From: Alphaproteobacteria bacterium
GTDB taxonomy: Bacteria > Pseudomonadota > Alphaproteobacteria > MPNO01
Direction: 5' to 3'
Length of the DNA: 64,000 nt
Assembly (NCBI GenBank): GCA_965248835.1
Contig: CBDFLJ010000001.1
Coordinates: forward strand, 1,664,001-1,728,000
Both the position numbers and the translations under genes were made by a program. How positions within the stretch are numbered: the stretch's first letter is position 1; each line of letters starts with the position of its first letter. The notes beneath the pieces are model-generated. The model saw nothing but the letters and a program-made list of their open reading frames with translations, did not search any database and was not told where the DNA came from. Below are positions 41,915 to 51,543 of this stretch, piece after piece.

Positions 41915-43096
41915 ATGGCGCGCCCGCCCGACAAGGCCAAGGACATCGCTATCGTCGCGGTCGCGCACACCAAGCTCGCGCGCCGGACCGGCCGGTCGGT
42001 CTTCGATATCGCCGGCGAGGTGCTCGCCCAGATGCTGGACCGGACCGGCATCGACAAGGCGGACATCGATGGGCTCGGCGTTTGCCCGGCGATCGCCGAA
42101 GCCGGCAACCCGTTCTGGTCGAACTTCATGGCCGATTATCTCGGGCTCAGCGTCCGCTGGCTGCAGTCCACCGACCTCGGCGGCGCGACCCATATCGCCA
42201 ACGTCGCGCGCGCGGCCTCGGCGCTGCGCGAGGGCTATTGCCGCGTCGTGCTGCTGCTTGGCGCCGACGCGCCGACGACGCGCTCGCGGACCGATTTCGG
42301 CGGCTACCGCGCGGAGTGGGAGGAGGTTGTGGGCCTGCTCGGCCCGCCGGGCGAGTTCGGCCTGCTGTCACGGCGCTACGAACAGCGCTACGGCCTGATG
42401 CCCGAGGCGCTGGGCAAGATCGCCATCGACCAGCGCGAGGGCGCGGTGCTGAACCCCAACGCCTGCGACACCTTCAGGAACCGGCTGACGATGGCGGAAT
42501 ACCTGTCGTCGCGGATGATCTCCGATCCCGTCCGGCTGCTCGACTGCGTGATGCCGTGCGACGGCGGCGCGGCCGTGCTGATGACCACGACCCGCCGGGC
42601 CAGGCGCATGGGTTTCAAGACGCTCGTCCACCCCACCGGCTATGCCGAGATCACCAACCTCGATGCCGCCAACCCGCTGCCCGAGGTGACCGATACCGGC
42701 TTCGCGGTCGTCGGGCCGGCGGCGCTCAAGCGCGCCGGGCTCAGGCCCGCGGACATCGCCATGTTCCACGGCTACGACGATTTCACCATCGCGATCCTGA
42801 TGCAGCTCGAACAGATCGGGTTCTGCCGGCGCGGCCGCGGGCAGGCCTTCGTGCTCGACAACGACCTCAGCTTCCGCGGCCGGCTGCCGGTCAATTCCGG
42901 GGGCGGCCAGCTCTCGACCGGCCAGCCCGGCCTCGCCGCCGGCATGGTGAACCTCGCCGAGGCGGTAACCCAGATGTTCGGCGAGGCCGGCGCCCGCCAG
43001 GTGGCCGATCCGCGGAACGCGCTGGTCACCGGCATCGGCATGGTGCCGCTGCTGCGCAACTGGGGGACCAGCGCCGCCCTGGTGCTGGAGCGCTGA
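41915..43096 (+). CDS. Thiolase-superfamily protein lacking the catalytic Cys (SCP2/Ltp2-type)
   Basis: LGGAT at the usual Cys position, LLDC...DGG.A, YDDF, NSGGGQLS.G. Confidence 0.85.
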   Translation: MARPPDKAKDIAIVAVAHTKLARRTGRSVFDIAGEVLAQMLDRTGIDKADIDGLGVCPAIAEAGNPFWSNFMADYLGLSVRWLQSTDLGGATHIANVARAASALREGYCRVVLLLGADAPTTRSRTDFGGYRAEWEEVVGLLGPPGEFGLLSRRYEQRYGLMPEALGKIAIDQREGAVLNPNACDTFRNRLTMAEYLSSRMISDPVRLLDCVMPCDGGAAVLMTTTRRARRMGFKTLVHPTGYAEITNLDAANPLPEVTDTGFAVVGPAALKRAGLRPADIAMFHGYDDFTIAILMQLEQIGFCRRGRGQAFVLDNDLSFRGRLPVNSGGGQLSTGQPGLAAGMVNLAEAVTQMFGEAGARQVADPRNALVTGIGMVPLLRNWGTSAALVLER

Positions 43097-43097
43097 G

Positions 43098-43517
43098 ATG
43101 GCGGCCAAGCCGAAAAAGGGCACCCCGCCCGAGCCGCAGCCGCTCGACTTCTCGAAACCCTTCTGGGACGCAGCCGCGGACGAACGCCTGATTCTCCAAT
43201 ACTGCCCCGACACCAAGCGGTACCAGTTCTTCCCGCGCCCGGTCAGCGTCTATACCGGCAAGCGCGGCCTGCGCTGGCGCAAGGCCTCGGGCGCGGGCAC
43301 GGTCTATTCCTTCACCATCACCCGCGTCCCGCCGCCCGGCTTCGAAGGCCATACGCCCTTCGTCGTCGCCAGCATCGAGCTCAAGGAAGGCGTGCGCATG
43401 ATGGCCAATATCATCGAATGCGCGCCCGAAGACGTCCGCATCGGCATGAAGGTCCGCCTGGCATGGCAGCGCAGGGGCGGTTTCAACCTGCCGGTCTTTC
43501 GCCCCGACGGGTCCTGA
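43098..43517 (+). CDS. DUF35 OB-fold protein (degenerate Zn ribbon), thiolase partner
   Basis: PFWDAA...L.LQ.C, SG.GTVYSFT, ELKEGVRMMANI, IGMKV. Confidence 0.87.
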   Translation: MAAKPKKGTPPEPQPLDFSKPFWDAAADERLILQYCPDTKRYQFFPRPVSVYTGKRGLRWRKASGAGTVYSFTITRVPPPGFEGHTPFVVASIELKEGVRMMANIIECAPEDVRIGMKVRLAWQRRGGFNLPVFRPDGS

Positions 43518-43761
43518 GAAACCGATCGGCCGACCGGTTTCCGCCAGGCAATGTTCAACGGCTTGCGCGGCGGGTTCGGCAATGCTGTGGCTTCGTTGCA
43601 TGAGCGCCACGGCGTTCGATAATCACGCCGCCGACATGCCCGAGTCGGTCGACCGCGGCCGCGGTCGGATAGATCATATGCCCGCGGCACCCGGCCCCGG
43701 ATGCGTTGTGACGGGGGTGGTTTTGCGCCATCATGGGCCGGCATTCGCATAGGAGGCAGAG

Positions 43762-44781
43762 ATGAAAACGGCTTACGTGGCGATCGGGGCCGCTTCGGGA
43801 GCGCTGTTGCTCGCCCAGGCCGCGGCGGCGGAGACCATTTTGCGAGTCAGCTCATGGGCGCCGCCGACCCATTTCATAAACGCCAAGATCTGGCCCGATT
43901 GGGGCAAGGCGCTCTCCGAGGCGACCGAGGGGCGGGTCAGGATCAAGCTCGAATACAACCTCGCCTCGCCGCTCAAGCAGTTCGGCGTCGCCCGCGACGG
44001 CATCGCCGACGCGAGCTGGATCTTCCACGGCTACAACACCCGTTATGTCGCCACCCAGATTGTCGAGATGCCGAATCTCGGCACCAGCGCCGAGGCCGCG
44101 GCGGTCGCCTATTGGCAGGTCCAGCAGAAATACCTCTACAAGGCCAACGAGCATCGCGGCGTGATCCTGATCGGCCTGCAATCGCACGGTCCGGCGGTGA
44201 TCCATACCAAGAAGCCGATCCGCTCGCTCTCCGATCTCAAGGGGATGAAGATCCGCGTCCCCGGCGGCGTCGGCAGCCTGGTCGGCAAGGCGCTCGGCGT
44301 CACCGCGGTCAAGCTTCCCGCGCCCAAGGTCTACGAGGCGCTGTCCAGCGGCGTCGCCGACGGCATCTTCATGCCGATAGAGACCCAGAAGGGCTTCCGG
44401 CTCAAGGAGGTGACCAAGCACGTCCTCGTCATGCCGGGCGGGCTCTACTACGGCAGCTTTGCCTTCCTGCTCAACCCGGGGAGCTTCAAGAAGCTCTCCG
44501 CCAAGGACCAGATGGCGCTCAAGAGCGTCTCGGGCGAGGGCTTCGCCAAGCTCGGCAAGTATTGGGACAAAGGCGACGACGACGGCCGCGCCGCCGCCAA
44601 GGAGGCCGGCACCTCGATCCGGACCGCGTCGGCAGAGATGAAGGCCGCCTATCTTGATCTCATGAAACCGGTCGAGGAGGCGTGGATCAAGCGCGCCGCC
44701 AAGGGCGGCTACGATCCCCGCGCGGCGCTCGCCGAGCTGCGCGCGACAGCCCGGGAATACGACAAGAAAATGATGAAGTGA
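43762..44781 (+). CDS. dctP: TRAP transporter substrate-binding protein
   Basis: Signal peptide; DGIAD, DLKGMKIR, YEALSSGVADG; AGGAGG RBS. Confidence 0.9.
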   Translation: MKTAYVAIGAASGALLLAQAAAAETILRVSSWAPPTHFINAKIWPDWGKALSEATEGRVRIKLEYNLASPLKQFGVARDGIADASWIFHGYNTRYVATQIVEMPNLGTSAEAAAVAYWQVQQKYLYKANEHRGVILIGLQSHGPAVIHTKKPIRSLSDLKGMKIRVPGGVGSLVGKALGVTAVKLPAPKVYEALSSGVADGIFMPIETQKGFRLKEVTKHVLVMPGGLYYGSFAFLLNPGSFKKLSAKDQMALKSVSGEGFAKLGKYWDKGDDDGRAAAKEAGTSIRTASAEMKAAYLDLMKPVEEAWIKRAAKGGYDPRAALAELRATAREYDKKMMK

Positions 44782-45293
44782 ACCCGGCCGGAGAAGAACA
44801 CCAGCGGGGCCCGTCCGCCGGAAGGTTCGGCCTCTGGCTGAACCGGCTCGCGGACGGCGCCTCCTCGCTGGTCCTGTTCGCGTTGATGGCGATGACCTGC
44901 ATCGACGTGATCGGGCGCTATTTCTTCAACGCGCCGCTCGACGGGGCGACCGAGCTGACCCAGCTCATGCTGGGAGTGATCGTCTTCGCGGTGCTGCCGG
45001 CGGTCTGCCTGCGGGAAGAGCATATCTCGGTGGACCTTCTCGACCGCTGGTTCCCGGCGGCGCTGACCGCGCCGCGAAGCGTGGCCCTCAACCTCTTGAT
45101 GGCGGTGATGATGGCGGCGGTCTCCTGGCGGGTGTGGCTGCTTGCCGAGATCACCGCGGACTACGGCGACGCGACCGAGTTTCTGGCGATCCCGCTCGCC
45201 CCGATCACCTATTTCATTGCCGTGCTGAGCGGCGGCGGCGCACTTGCCTTCGCCGCCAACGCGGCCCGCCATTTCGGAACCGCGCGTGGCTGA
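44778..45293 (+). CDS. dctQ: TRAP transporter small permease
   Basis: DVIGRYFFNAP, ELTQ, HISVDL; GTGA overlap with dctP. Confidence 0.9.
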   Translation: MNPAGEEHQRGPSAGRFGLWLNRLADGASSLVLFALMAMTCIDVIGRYFFNAPLDGATELTQLMLGVIVFAVLPAVCLREEHISVDLLDRWFPAALTAPRSVALNLLMAVMMAAVSWRVWLLAEITADYGDATEFLAIPLAPITYFIAVLSGGGALAFAANAARHFGTARG

Positions 45294-45317
45294 CCGCGAA
45301 CGGGGCCGCCGAGACCG

Positions 45318-46634
45318 ATGACCGCGGCGCTGATCGGCTTCGCCGTCCTCCTGGGCCTGGTCTTTCTCAAGATGCCGATCGCGTTCGCGATGGGGCTGAT
45401 CGGCTTTGCCGGGTTCGGCGTCTTGAGCGGCTGGCAGCCGGCGCTTTCGATGGTCGCGACCATCGTCTCGGAGACCGCGTTGAGCTATGGGCTCTCGGTG
45501 GTGCCGATGTTCATCCTGATGGGCAATTTCGTCTCCCGGGCCGGGCTTTCGACCGAGCTCTACCGGGCCTCCCACAGCTTTCTCGGCCACCGCCGGGGCG
45601 GGCTCTCGATGGCGACGATCGTCGCCTGCGGCGGGTTCAGCGCGATCTGCGGCTCCTCGCTGGCGACCGCGGCGACGATGTCCAAGGTGGCGCTGCCGCC
45701 GATGCGCGCCTACGGCTACGCCGACGGGCTGGCGACGGCCTCGATCGCCGCCGGCGGTACGCTCGGGATCCTGATCCCGCCGAGCGTGATCCTGGTGATC
45801 TACGGCCTGATGACCGAGACCAGCATCCGCGAGTTGTTCGCCGCCGGTCTGCTGCCGGGGCTCTTGGGGATCGGTCTCTATCTGCTGGCGGTCCGCTATG
45901 TGGTCTGGCGCCGGCCCGGCGACGGCCCCAAGGCCGAGCGTGCATCCTGGGCGGAGCGGCTCGCGGCGCTCGGCGGGGTCTGGGCGACACTGGTTTTGTT
46001 CGCGCTGGTGATGGGGGGGATCTATGGCGGCGTGTTCACCCCGACCGAGGCCGCCGGGATCGGCGCCGGCGGCGCGTTCCTGATCGCCCTGGCCAGGGGA
46101 GCGCTCTCCTGGCGGGGGCTGTTCGAGGTGCTGGCCGACAGCGCCCGCACCTCGGCGCTGCTGTTCATCGTCCTCATCGGCGCGCTGATCTTCTCCAACT
46201 TCGTGAACCGGGCCGGGCTCCCCGACGGGCTCCTGTCGCTGGTCACCGGCAACACGCTCTCGCCGTTGATGGTGATCACGATCATCCTGATCATCTATCT
46301 GGTTCTGGGCTGCGTGTTCGAGAGCCTCTCGATGCTGCTGTTGACGATCCCGATCTTCTTCCCGGTCGTCCAGGGACTCGACTTCGCCGGACTCGGCCCG
46401 GAGCGGATCCTGGTCTGGTTCGGGGTCATCGCGGTCGTCGTGACCGAGATCAGCCTGATTACCCCGCCGGTGGGACTCAACGTCTTCGTGCTCGCCGGTG
46501 TGGTCAAGGACGTCTCGACGACGACGATCTTCCGCGGCGTCACGCCGTTCTGGTGCGCCGACATCGTCCGGCTCGCGCTGCTGGTCGCGCTGCCGTGGAT
46601 CTCGCTGTTCCTGCCGCGGCTGTTCTACGGATGA
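45318..46634 (+). CDS. dctM: TRAP transporter large permease
   Basis: PMFILMG, GSSLAT, GTLGILIPPS, FTPTEAA, ITPPVGLN. Confidence 0.93.
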   Translation: MTAALIGFAVLLGLVFLKMPIAFAMGLIGFAGFGVLSGWQPALSMVATIVSETALSYGLSVVPMFILMGNFVSRAGLSTELYRASHSFLGHRRGGLSMATIVACGGFSAICGSSLATAATMSKVALPPMRAYGYADGLATASIAAGGTLGILIPPSVILVIYGLMTETSIRELFAAGLLPGLLGIGLYLLAVRYVVWRRPGDGPKAERASWAERLAALGGVWATLVLFALVMGGIYGGVFTPTEAAGIGAGGAFLIALARGALSWRGLFEVLADSARTSALLFIVLIGALIFSNFVNRAGLPDGLLSLVTGNTLSPLMVITIILIIYLVLGCVFESLSMLLLTIPIFFPVVQGLDFAGLGPERILVWFGVIAVVVTEISLITPPVGLNVFVLAGVVKDVSTTTIFRGVTPFWCADIVRLALLVALPWISLFLPRLFYG

Positions 46635-46786
46635 TTCCGTGCCGGCCGCGCCGCGCCGGCTCGCGCGGACCGCCGCCTGCTCGATCGGACGGATCACGGG
46701 TCAACGACATGGGGCGCCGATCGGATTGACCCGCGCCGCCTTCGGTCCTAGCGTGCTGTCGAGGAACGCGGCAACGAGGCAGGATC

Positions 46787-47536
46787 ATGGCGAAGACGGC
46801 AACCGAGATTGCAGACGAGATGGAATTCCAGCAGATGCGGGAGCTGGGCGACCGGCTGGTGACCAAGTCGCTGCTCTATTTCCTGGCCGAGGGCGAGGTC
46901 ACGCTCGGCAGCGGGTTCGGCATCGGCACGGGCAAGGAACTGCTGCACGGCGAGGACCCCAGACTGCCGCCGATGCCCGACAGACCGACATTGATCGACT
47001 TCTTCAAGCTGCGCTTCTCGCCGATGCAGGAGCACCTGCTGCAGTCCGCGCGGCTTGCCCAGAAGAACGGGCTGCCCGAGAAGATGGTGCTCGCCTGCCT
47101 GCTGCATGACATCGCGGTGACCGGATTCATCCGCTCGGACCACGGCTATTGGGGCGCGCAGCTCATCGAGCCCTATGTCGATGAGGAGGTAAGCTGGGCG
47201 ATCCGCATGCACCAGGCGCTGCGCTTCTTCCCCGACGAGTCGGTGGGCTACGAATACCCCGAGAACTACGTCCGCATGTTCGGCGCAGGCTACCAGCCGG
47301 AACCCTATATCGTCGCCGACTACGAGAGGGCGCGGAAGCACAAGTGGTACATGTCCGCGCGCATGATCTGCGTCAACGACCTCTATTCCTTCGAGCCCGA
47401 CGTGGTCGTCGAGCTCGAGGAGTTTGAGGACGTGATCGGACGCCACTTCAAGCAGCCTCCCGAAGGCCTCGGCAACGACAGCACGCCGGCCTCGCATATG
47501 TGGCGCACGCTGCGGCGGCCCTGCAACCCGCTGTGA
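46787..47536 (+). CDS. HD-domain protein with PhnZ/MIOX-like diiron ligand set
   Basis: EHLLQSA, LLHDI, DHG..GA, RMH, VND (H-HD-H-H-D pattern). Confidence 0.75.
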   Translation: MAKTATEIADEMEFQQMRELGDRLVTKSLLYFLAEGEVTLGSGFGIGTGKELLHGEDPRLPPMPDRPTLIDFFKLRFSPMQEHLLQSARLAQKNGLPEKMVLACLLHDIAVTGFIRSDHGYWGAQLIEPYVDEEVSWAIRMHQALRFFPDESVGYEYPENYVRMFGAGYQPEPYIVADYERARKHKWYMSARMICVNDLYSFEPDVVVELEEFEDVIGRHFKQPPEGLGNDSTPASHMWRTLRRPCNPL

Positions 47537-47571
47537 CGGCGCAGCATCAACCGAAAGCCCGGAGACAGACC

Positions 47572-48330
47572 ATGGCACCCGACAGCTTCACCCCGGCGGA
47601 CGGCGAGGTCGCGGCCCGGATCGCCGCGATCCGCGACAAATGGCACACCAAGCAGCACCCGATGTTCCAGGCGATGGCCAGGGGCGAGCTCGACCTGCGG
47701 GTGCTCGGCGTCTACATGGCCCAGCATGCCAAATACGTCCGCCACGGGCTGGAGGCGTTCGGCCTGTTCTACGCGCGCGCCCCGGGTGACGTGCGCAAGA
47801 TGCTGGTCGAGAACATGGCCGAGGAAGAGGGGTTGATCGGCGGCCACACCGATCACGGCGCGCACGATCACATGGAGATGATCTACGACTTCTGCACCGC
47901 CGCCGGCATGACGCGCGACGAAGTCCTGGACGTCGACATGACGGCTGCCTGGTGGGGCCGCGCGCTCTACTACCTCAACGCCACCCGGACCGAGCCGGTC
48001 GGCGTGGCGCTGGCGATGCAGTTCACCCAGGAAGGCCAGATGCCCGCGCTCAACAGCGAGATCGTCCTGCCGGCGCTGGAAGATCATTACGGGATCAAGC
48101 AGACCGATCGGGCGGCGATCTTCTTTGCCGAGCACGCGATGGCCGATGTCGAGCACTCCGAACGTCAGCTGGGCCTGGCGGCCAAGTACATCGACGGCCC
48201 GGAGGTGCTCGCCCGCGCCGAGCATGTCGCCGAGCAGATGTGCCGGCTGCGCTGGGCGTGCACGACCGATACATGGCGCTACGAGCAGCTCGGCGAGAAG
48301 GAATCGCTGCCGCCCGGCGTGGCCGCATAG
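47572..48330 (+). CDS. Heme-oxygenase-like diiron protein (CADD/PqqC-like)
   Basis: HPMF, ENMAEEEG...H, QEGQ, FFAEHAMADVEH match the CADD E-H-E-H-D-H ligands. Confidence 0.8.
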   Translation: MAPDSFTPADGEVAARIAAIRDKWHTKQHPMFQAMARGELDLRVLGVYMAQHAKYVRHGLEAFGLFYARAPGDVRKMLVENMAEEEGLIGGHTDHGAHDHMEMIYDFCTAAGMTRDEVLDVDMTAAWWGRALYYLNATRTEPVGVALAMQFTQEGQMPALNSEIVLPALEDHYGIKQTDRAAIFFAEHAMADVEHSERQLGLAAKYIDGPEVLARAEHVAEQMCRLRWACTTDTWRYEQLGEKESLPPGVAA

Positions 48331-48353
48331 GCCCGCCGCCCCGGAGGAAGGCC

Positions 48354-49388
48354 ATGGCCATCGACATGCATTCCCATTGGCGCCCGCCGGCGCTGATCGA
48401 TGCGCTGCGCGCGCGCAGCGTCCCGCCGCTGGTCGAGACCGGCGCGGACGGCGTCGAGGTCCTGAAGACCAGGGCCGCGTGCACCCCGGTCGTCGAGGCG
48501 TTCGACGACGTTGACGAGCGTCTTGCGGAGATGGATGCCCACGGGGTCACCGCCGCCGCCCTCTCCCTGCTCGGCCAGTTCCGCTGGATCGAGGCGCTTC
48601 CGGTCGCGGAGTCCCTGCCGCTGGTCCAGGCCTATAACGACGGTCTTGCGGAAATCTGCCGCGCCCATCCGGGCCGGTTCGTCGGCTTCGCCGCCCTGCC
48701 GCTGACCGATCTGGAGGCCGCCGCGGCCGAGTTCGACCGGGCGATGGGGCTGACCGGGATGATCGGCGCGCAGCTCCCCGGCAACGCCTTCCTGACCGAG
48801 CAGGATGCCGAGCAATACCGGCCTTTGCTCGCCGCCGCCGACCGGCACGGCGCGGTCCTGTTCATTCATTTCGGCCCGCGCCCGGGCGATCCGTGGCCGC
48901 GCGTCGAGGCCGGCACCGACAACGCCGGGCGGCGGATCGGCACGCTCGACATGCAGGCCTCGCTGTCGGCGAACATGGTCACGGTCTGCATGACCTCGAT
49001 CCTCGACGACTACCCGGACGCCCGCATCCAGCTCCACAACCTCGGCGGCAACATCGCCTTCGAGGTCGAGCGCATGGACCACCGCAACTACCTCGATTCA
49101 CCGCACGAGCCGCTGCCCTCGACCCGGTTCGTCAAGCCCAACCTGTTCGTCGACTGCAACTCCTTCGGCCCGCGCGCGATCGAAGCCGGCGTTGCCGCCT
49201 ACGGCGCGGAAATGATCGTTTACGGCACCGACGGGACGGGCTTCGGCTGCGAATGGACCAACCGGGCCCTGGTCGAGGCCCGGATCACCGAAGACGAGCG
49301 CGAGGCGATCCGCCATCACAACGCGGCCCGCATGCTGGGCCGCCGCGCCCCGCTCGCCCCCAATCGCGAGGCGGCGGCGGCCGAATAG
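48354..49388 (+). CDS. Amidohydrolase-2 family metalloenzyme (ACMSD/LigW-type decarboxylase or hydratase)
   Basis: IDMHSH, ND.LAE, FVGFAALP, FIH, YGTD. Confidence 0.8.
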   Translation: MAIDMHSHWRPPALIDALRARSVPPLVETGADGVEVLKTRAACTPVVEAFDDVDERLAEMDAHGVTAAALSLLGQFRWIEALPVAESLPLVQAYNDGLAEICRAHPGRFVGFAALPLTDLEAAAAEFDRAMGLTGMIGAQLPGNAFLTEQDAEQYRPLLAAADRHGAVLFIHFGPRPGDPWPRVEAGTDNAGRRIGTLDMQASLSANMVTVCMTSILDDYPDARIQLHNLGGNIAFEVERMDHRNYLDSPHEPLPSTRFVKPNLFVDCNSFGPRAIEAGVAAYGAEMIVYGTDGTGFGCEWTNRALVEARITEDEREAIRHHNAARMLGRRAPLAPNREAAAAE

Positions 49389-49389
49389 G

Positions 49390-50250
49390 CTATTCGAGCG
49401 CGCGGACGGGGACGTCCATTTCGCCGATCCCCTCGAAGGTGAGGTGCATCACGTCGCCCGGCACCACCCGGCTGACGCCCTCGCAGGTGCCGGTCATCAG
49501 GATGTCGCCGGGGTGGAGCGTGTAGAAGCTCGACGCCCATTCGATCTGGCGGCGCACGTCCATGATCATCAGCCGGGTGTTCGATTCCTGGCGGGTCTCG
49601 CCGTTGACGGTGAGCACGAAGGCGAGCGCGTCGGGATCGGGGATCTCATCGGCGGTTACCAGCCAGGGCCCGAGCACGGCATAGGTGTCGACCGATTTCC
49701 GGAAGCTGCGGTCCTCGCTGCCGCGCACCACCATGTCGAGCGCGATCGCATAGCCCGCGACGTAGCCGAGCGCGTCGTCATAGGCGATGTTGGATGCGGT
49801 CTTGCCGATGACCAGCCCGAGCTCGGCCTCGTGGTCGGTGCGCCGGTCCGGGAAACGCACCGCAACGCCTTCGGACGGGCCGACCAGCGCCGAGTTGGCC
49901 TTCAGGAACAGACCCTGGTCCTCGATCCCGCCGCGCCGCGCCCCGAGATTGACCTCGGCGTCGGCCTTGGCCTCGTCGGCGTGGGCCTGATAGTTGACCG
50001 GGGTTCCCATGATCTTGGTCGGGTTGGCGACCGGGCTGAGAAAGCGCCGCCCAGCGACCGGCAGAGCCTCGCTCCGATCCGCGAGCCGCTCCATCTTGTC
50101 GCGCAGGGCGCCGAGATTGGCAACCAGCGCATCCCCGATCGGATAGGGGTAGCGTACCGCCGGCAGTTCGTCGACGATCTCGGTGACGTCATGGACCTTG
50201 TCGTCGCGCACGACGCCTAAACGGTTGTCGTCGAAGCGGCAGTATTTCAT
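49390..50250 (-). CDS. Fumarylacetoacetate hydrolase family protein
   Basis: NYQAH, FLKA, DHEAELG, LDM, KS.DT, LGPWLVT, PGDILMTGT. Confidence 0.92.
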   Translation of the reverse strand: MKYCRFDDNRLGVVRDDKVHDVTEIVDELPAVRYPYPIGDALVANLGALRDKMERLADRSEALPVAGRRFLSPVANPTKIMGTPVNYQAHADEAKADAEVNLGARRGGIEDQGLFLKANSALVGPSEGVAVRFPDRRTDHEAELGLVIGKTASNIAYDDALGYVAGYAIALDMVVRGSEDRSFRKSVDTYAVLGPWLVTADEIPDPDALAFVLTVNGETRQESNTRLMIMDVRRQIEWASSFYTLHPGDILMTGTCEGVSRVVPGDVMHLTFEGIGEMDVPVRALE

Positions 50251-50554
50251 CGTAATCCCCCTGCGTCGGGTGTGACGATTAACCGCCCACAGGCGCGCCA
50301 CATCCGACTTCTGTTCCCCTTAACGCTCAGGTGCGGAAACCGTTGCGATCCCGCCGGTTAGCCCGAGCGGCGCTTAAGCGGCAGCGCCCGCCGCGCATGA
50401 GATGGGGTTCCTTCCCACCCGTCGCGCGGCTTCCGACCGTGATTATAGGAAGCGCTCTCCGGAACGCAACCGAGCGGATTGGGCGCCGCGATGTAGACGG
50501 ACGAGACGAAGGCGGAGCTTGCAAGTCGGTCCTTGGTCCGCGACCACAGAGGCG

Positions 50555-51335
50555 ATGAAGGGAACAAATACCAAACTGACGGCGGCGGTCGAGGCGTACT
50601 TCACCGATTTGCGGCAGGTGCGTGCGTCGGGTGGCGCGACCGGAGAGCGGTCGAGCTGTCCGGCGCTGTCGAACTTACTCAATGCTGTCGGCGCAACGCT
50701 CAAGCCGAAGGTATTCTGCGTCGTCGAACTCGCGGACCAGTGCGCGGGCCATGCCGATGTCGGACTCTACGAGGCGAAGCAGGTGCAGAAGGGACCGCCG
50801 CGCGAGGGGCAAGCACCAGAACGCGGCGTGGTCGAGGTGAAGGCTGCCGGCCGACGACGCATGGCTGACGGCGGCGGGCGATCAGGTGAGCCGGAACTGG
50901 AACCGCTACCGACTGGTGTTGGTGACGAACACACGCGACTTCGTTCTGCTTGGAGAGGACGTAGCCGGTCGGCCGGTGAAGCTGGAGGCATTCCGGCTGG
51001 TCGAAAACGCGGATGCGTTCGCGCGCCAGTTGGAGAAATCACACGCCTTCGCCCGCGAGATCGGCGCGGGCCTGAGTGAGTATCTTTGTCGAGCATTGAC
51101 GCACCGCGCGACGCTTGCGGAGCCAAAGGACTTGGCTAGGTTGCTGGCTTTCACACGCCGAGATGGTTTCGCGCGTGTAGAAGCGGTGGGTGACGCGCCG
51201 TCGTTGGCGGCGATGTGCTCTGCGCTTGAGGAAGCGCTCGGCGTCCGCTTCGAGGGCGACAAGGGCGCACGCTTCTTCCCTGGTGCAGACGCTCTTCTAC
51301 GGTGTCTTCTCTGCCTGGGTATTGTGGGCGCGGCA
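50555..51335 (+). pseudogene. N-terminal stump of a fused restriction-modification (type IIG/ISP-like N-6 DNA methylase) gene, frameshifted and truncated
   Basis: GERSS.PAL.NLL...GH.D.GL...GVVEVK, then after a shift near 50850 QVSR.W..YRLVLVTN.RDF, then after a shift near 51278 LVQTLFYGVFSAW; runs into IS sequence. Confidence 0.65.
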
Positions 51336-51492
51336 AACGCTGCCCCCTTCCGCATGTTGGTCGGGCGCCTCGCAGCCGCTGGAGCCTGAACGCAGGGGCC
51401 ACGTGTCCCTTCGAACCCGAAGATCTTCAACCCCAAACGCTTGACAACACAAAGCCTGAAAACAGACGCCAAGGGTGTCATGCACCCGCTCG
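51334..51492 (+). repeat. Imperfect direct repeat of about 160 bp, copy 1 (IS1380 3' region)
   Basis: Shares CTTCCGCATGTTGG, CAGGGGCC.CGTGTCCCTTCGAA, CCCCAAACG and GCACCCGCTCG with 53650-53811. Confidence 0.85.
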
Positions 51493-51543
51493 GGCAACGC
51501 CGGTAACTTCGAAAATCACCGAAAGGATGAATAGATCGAGCTA
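51334..51543 (+). mobile_element. IS1380-family right-end remnant with IRR
   Basis: Encodes the transposase tail FRMLVGRLAAAGA*; similar to 53650-53811; ends AGGATGAATAGATCGAGCTA, an imperfect inverse of the IRL at 53062. Confidence 0.75.

Noticed and set aside
50251-50554. tRNA/att site or structured RNA at the island edge
   Set aside because: No cloverleaf, T-loop or matching repeat on the other flank was found by eye; an Rfam scan would settle it.
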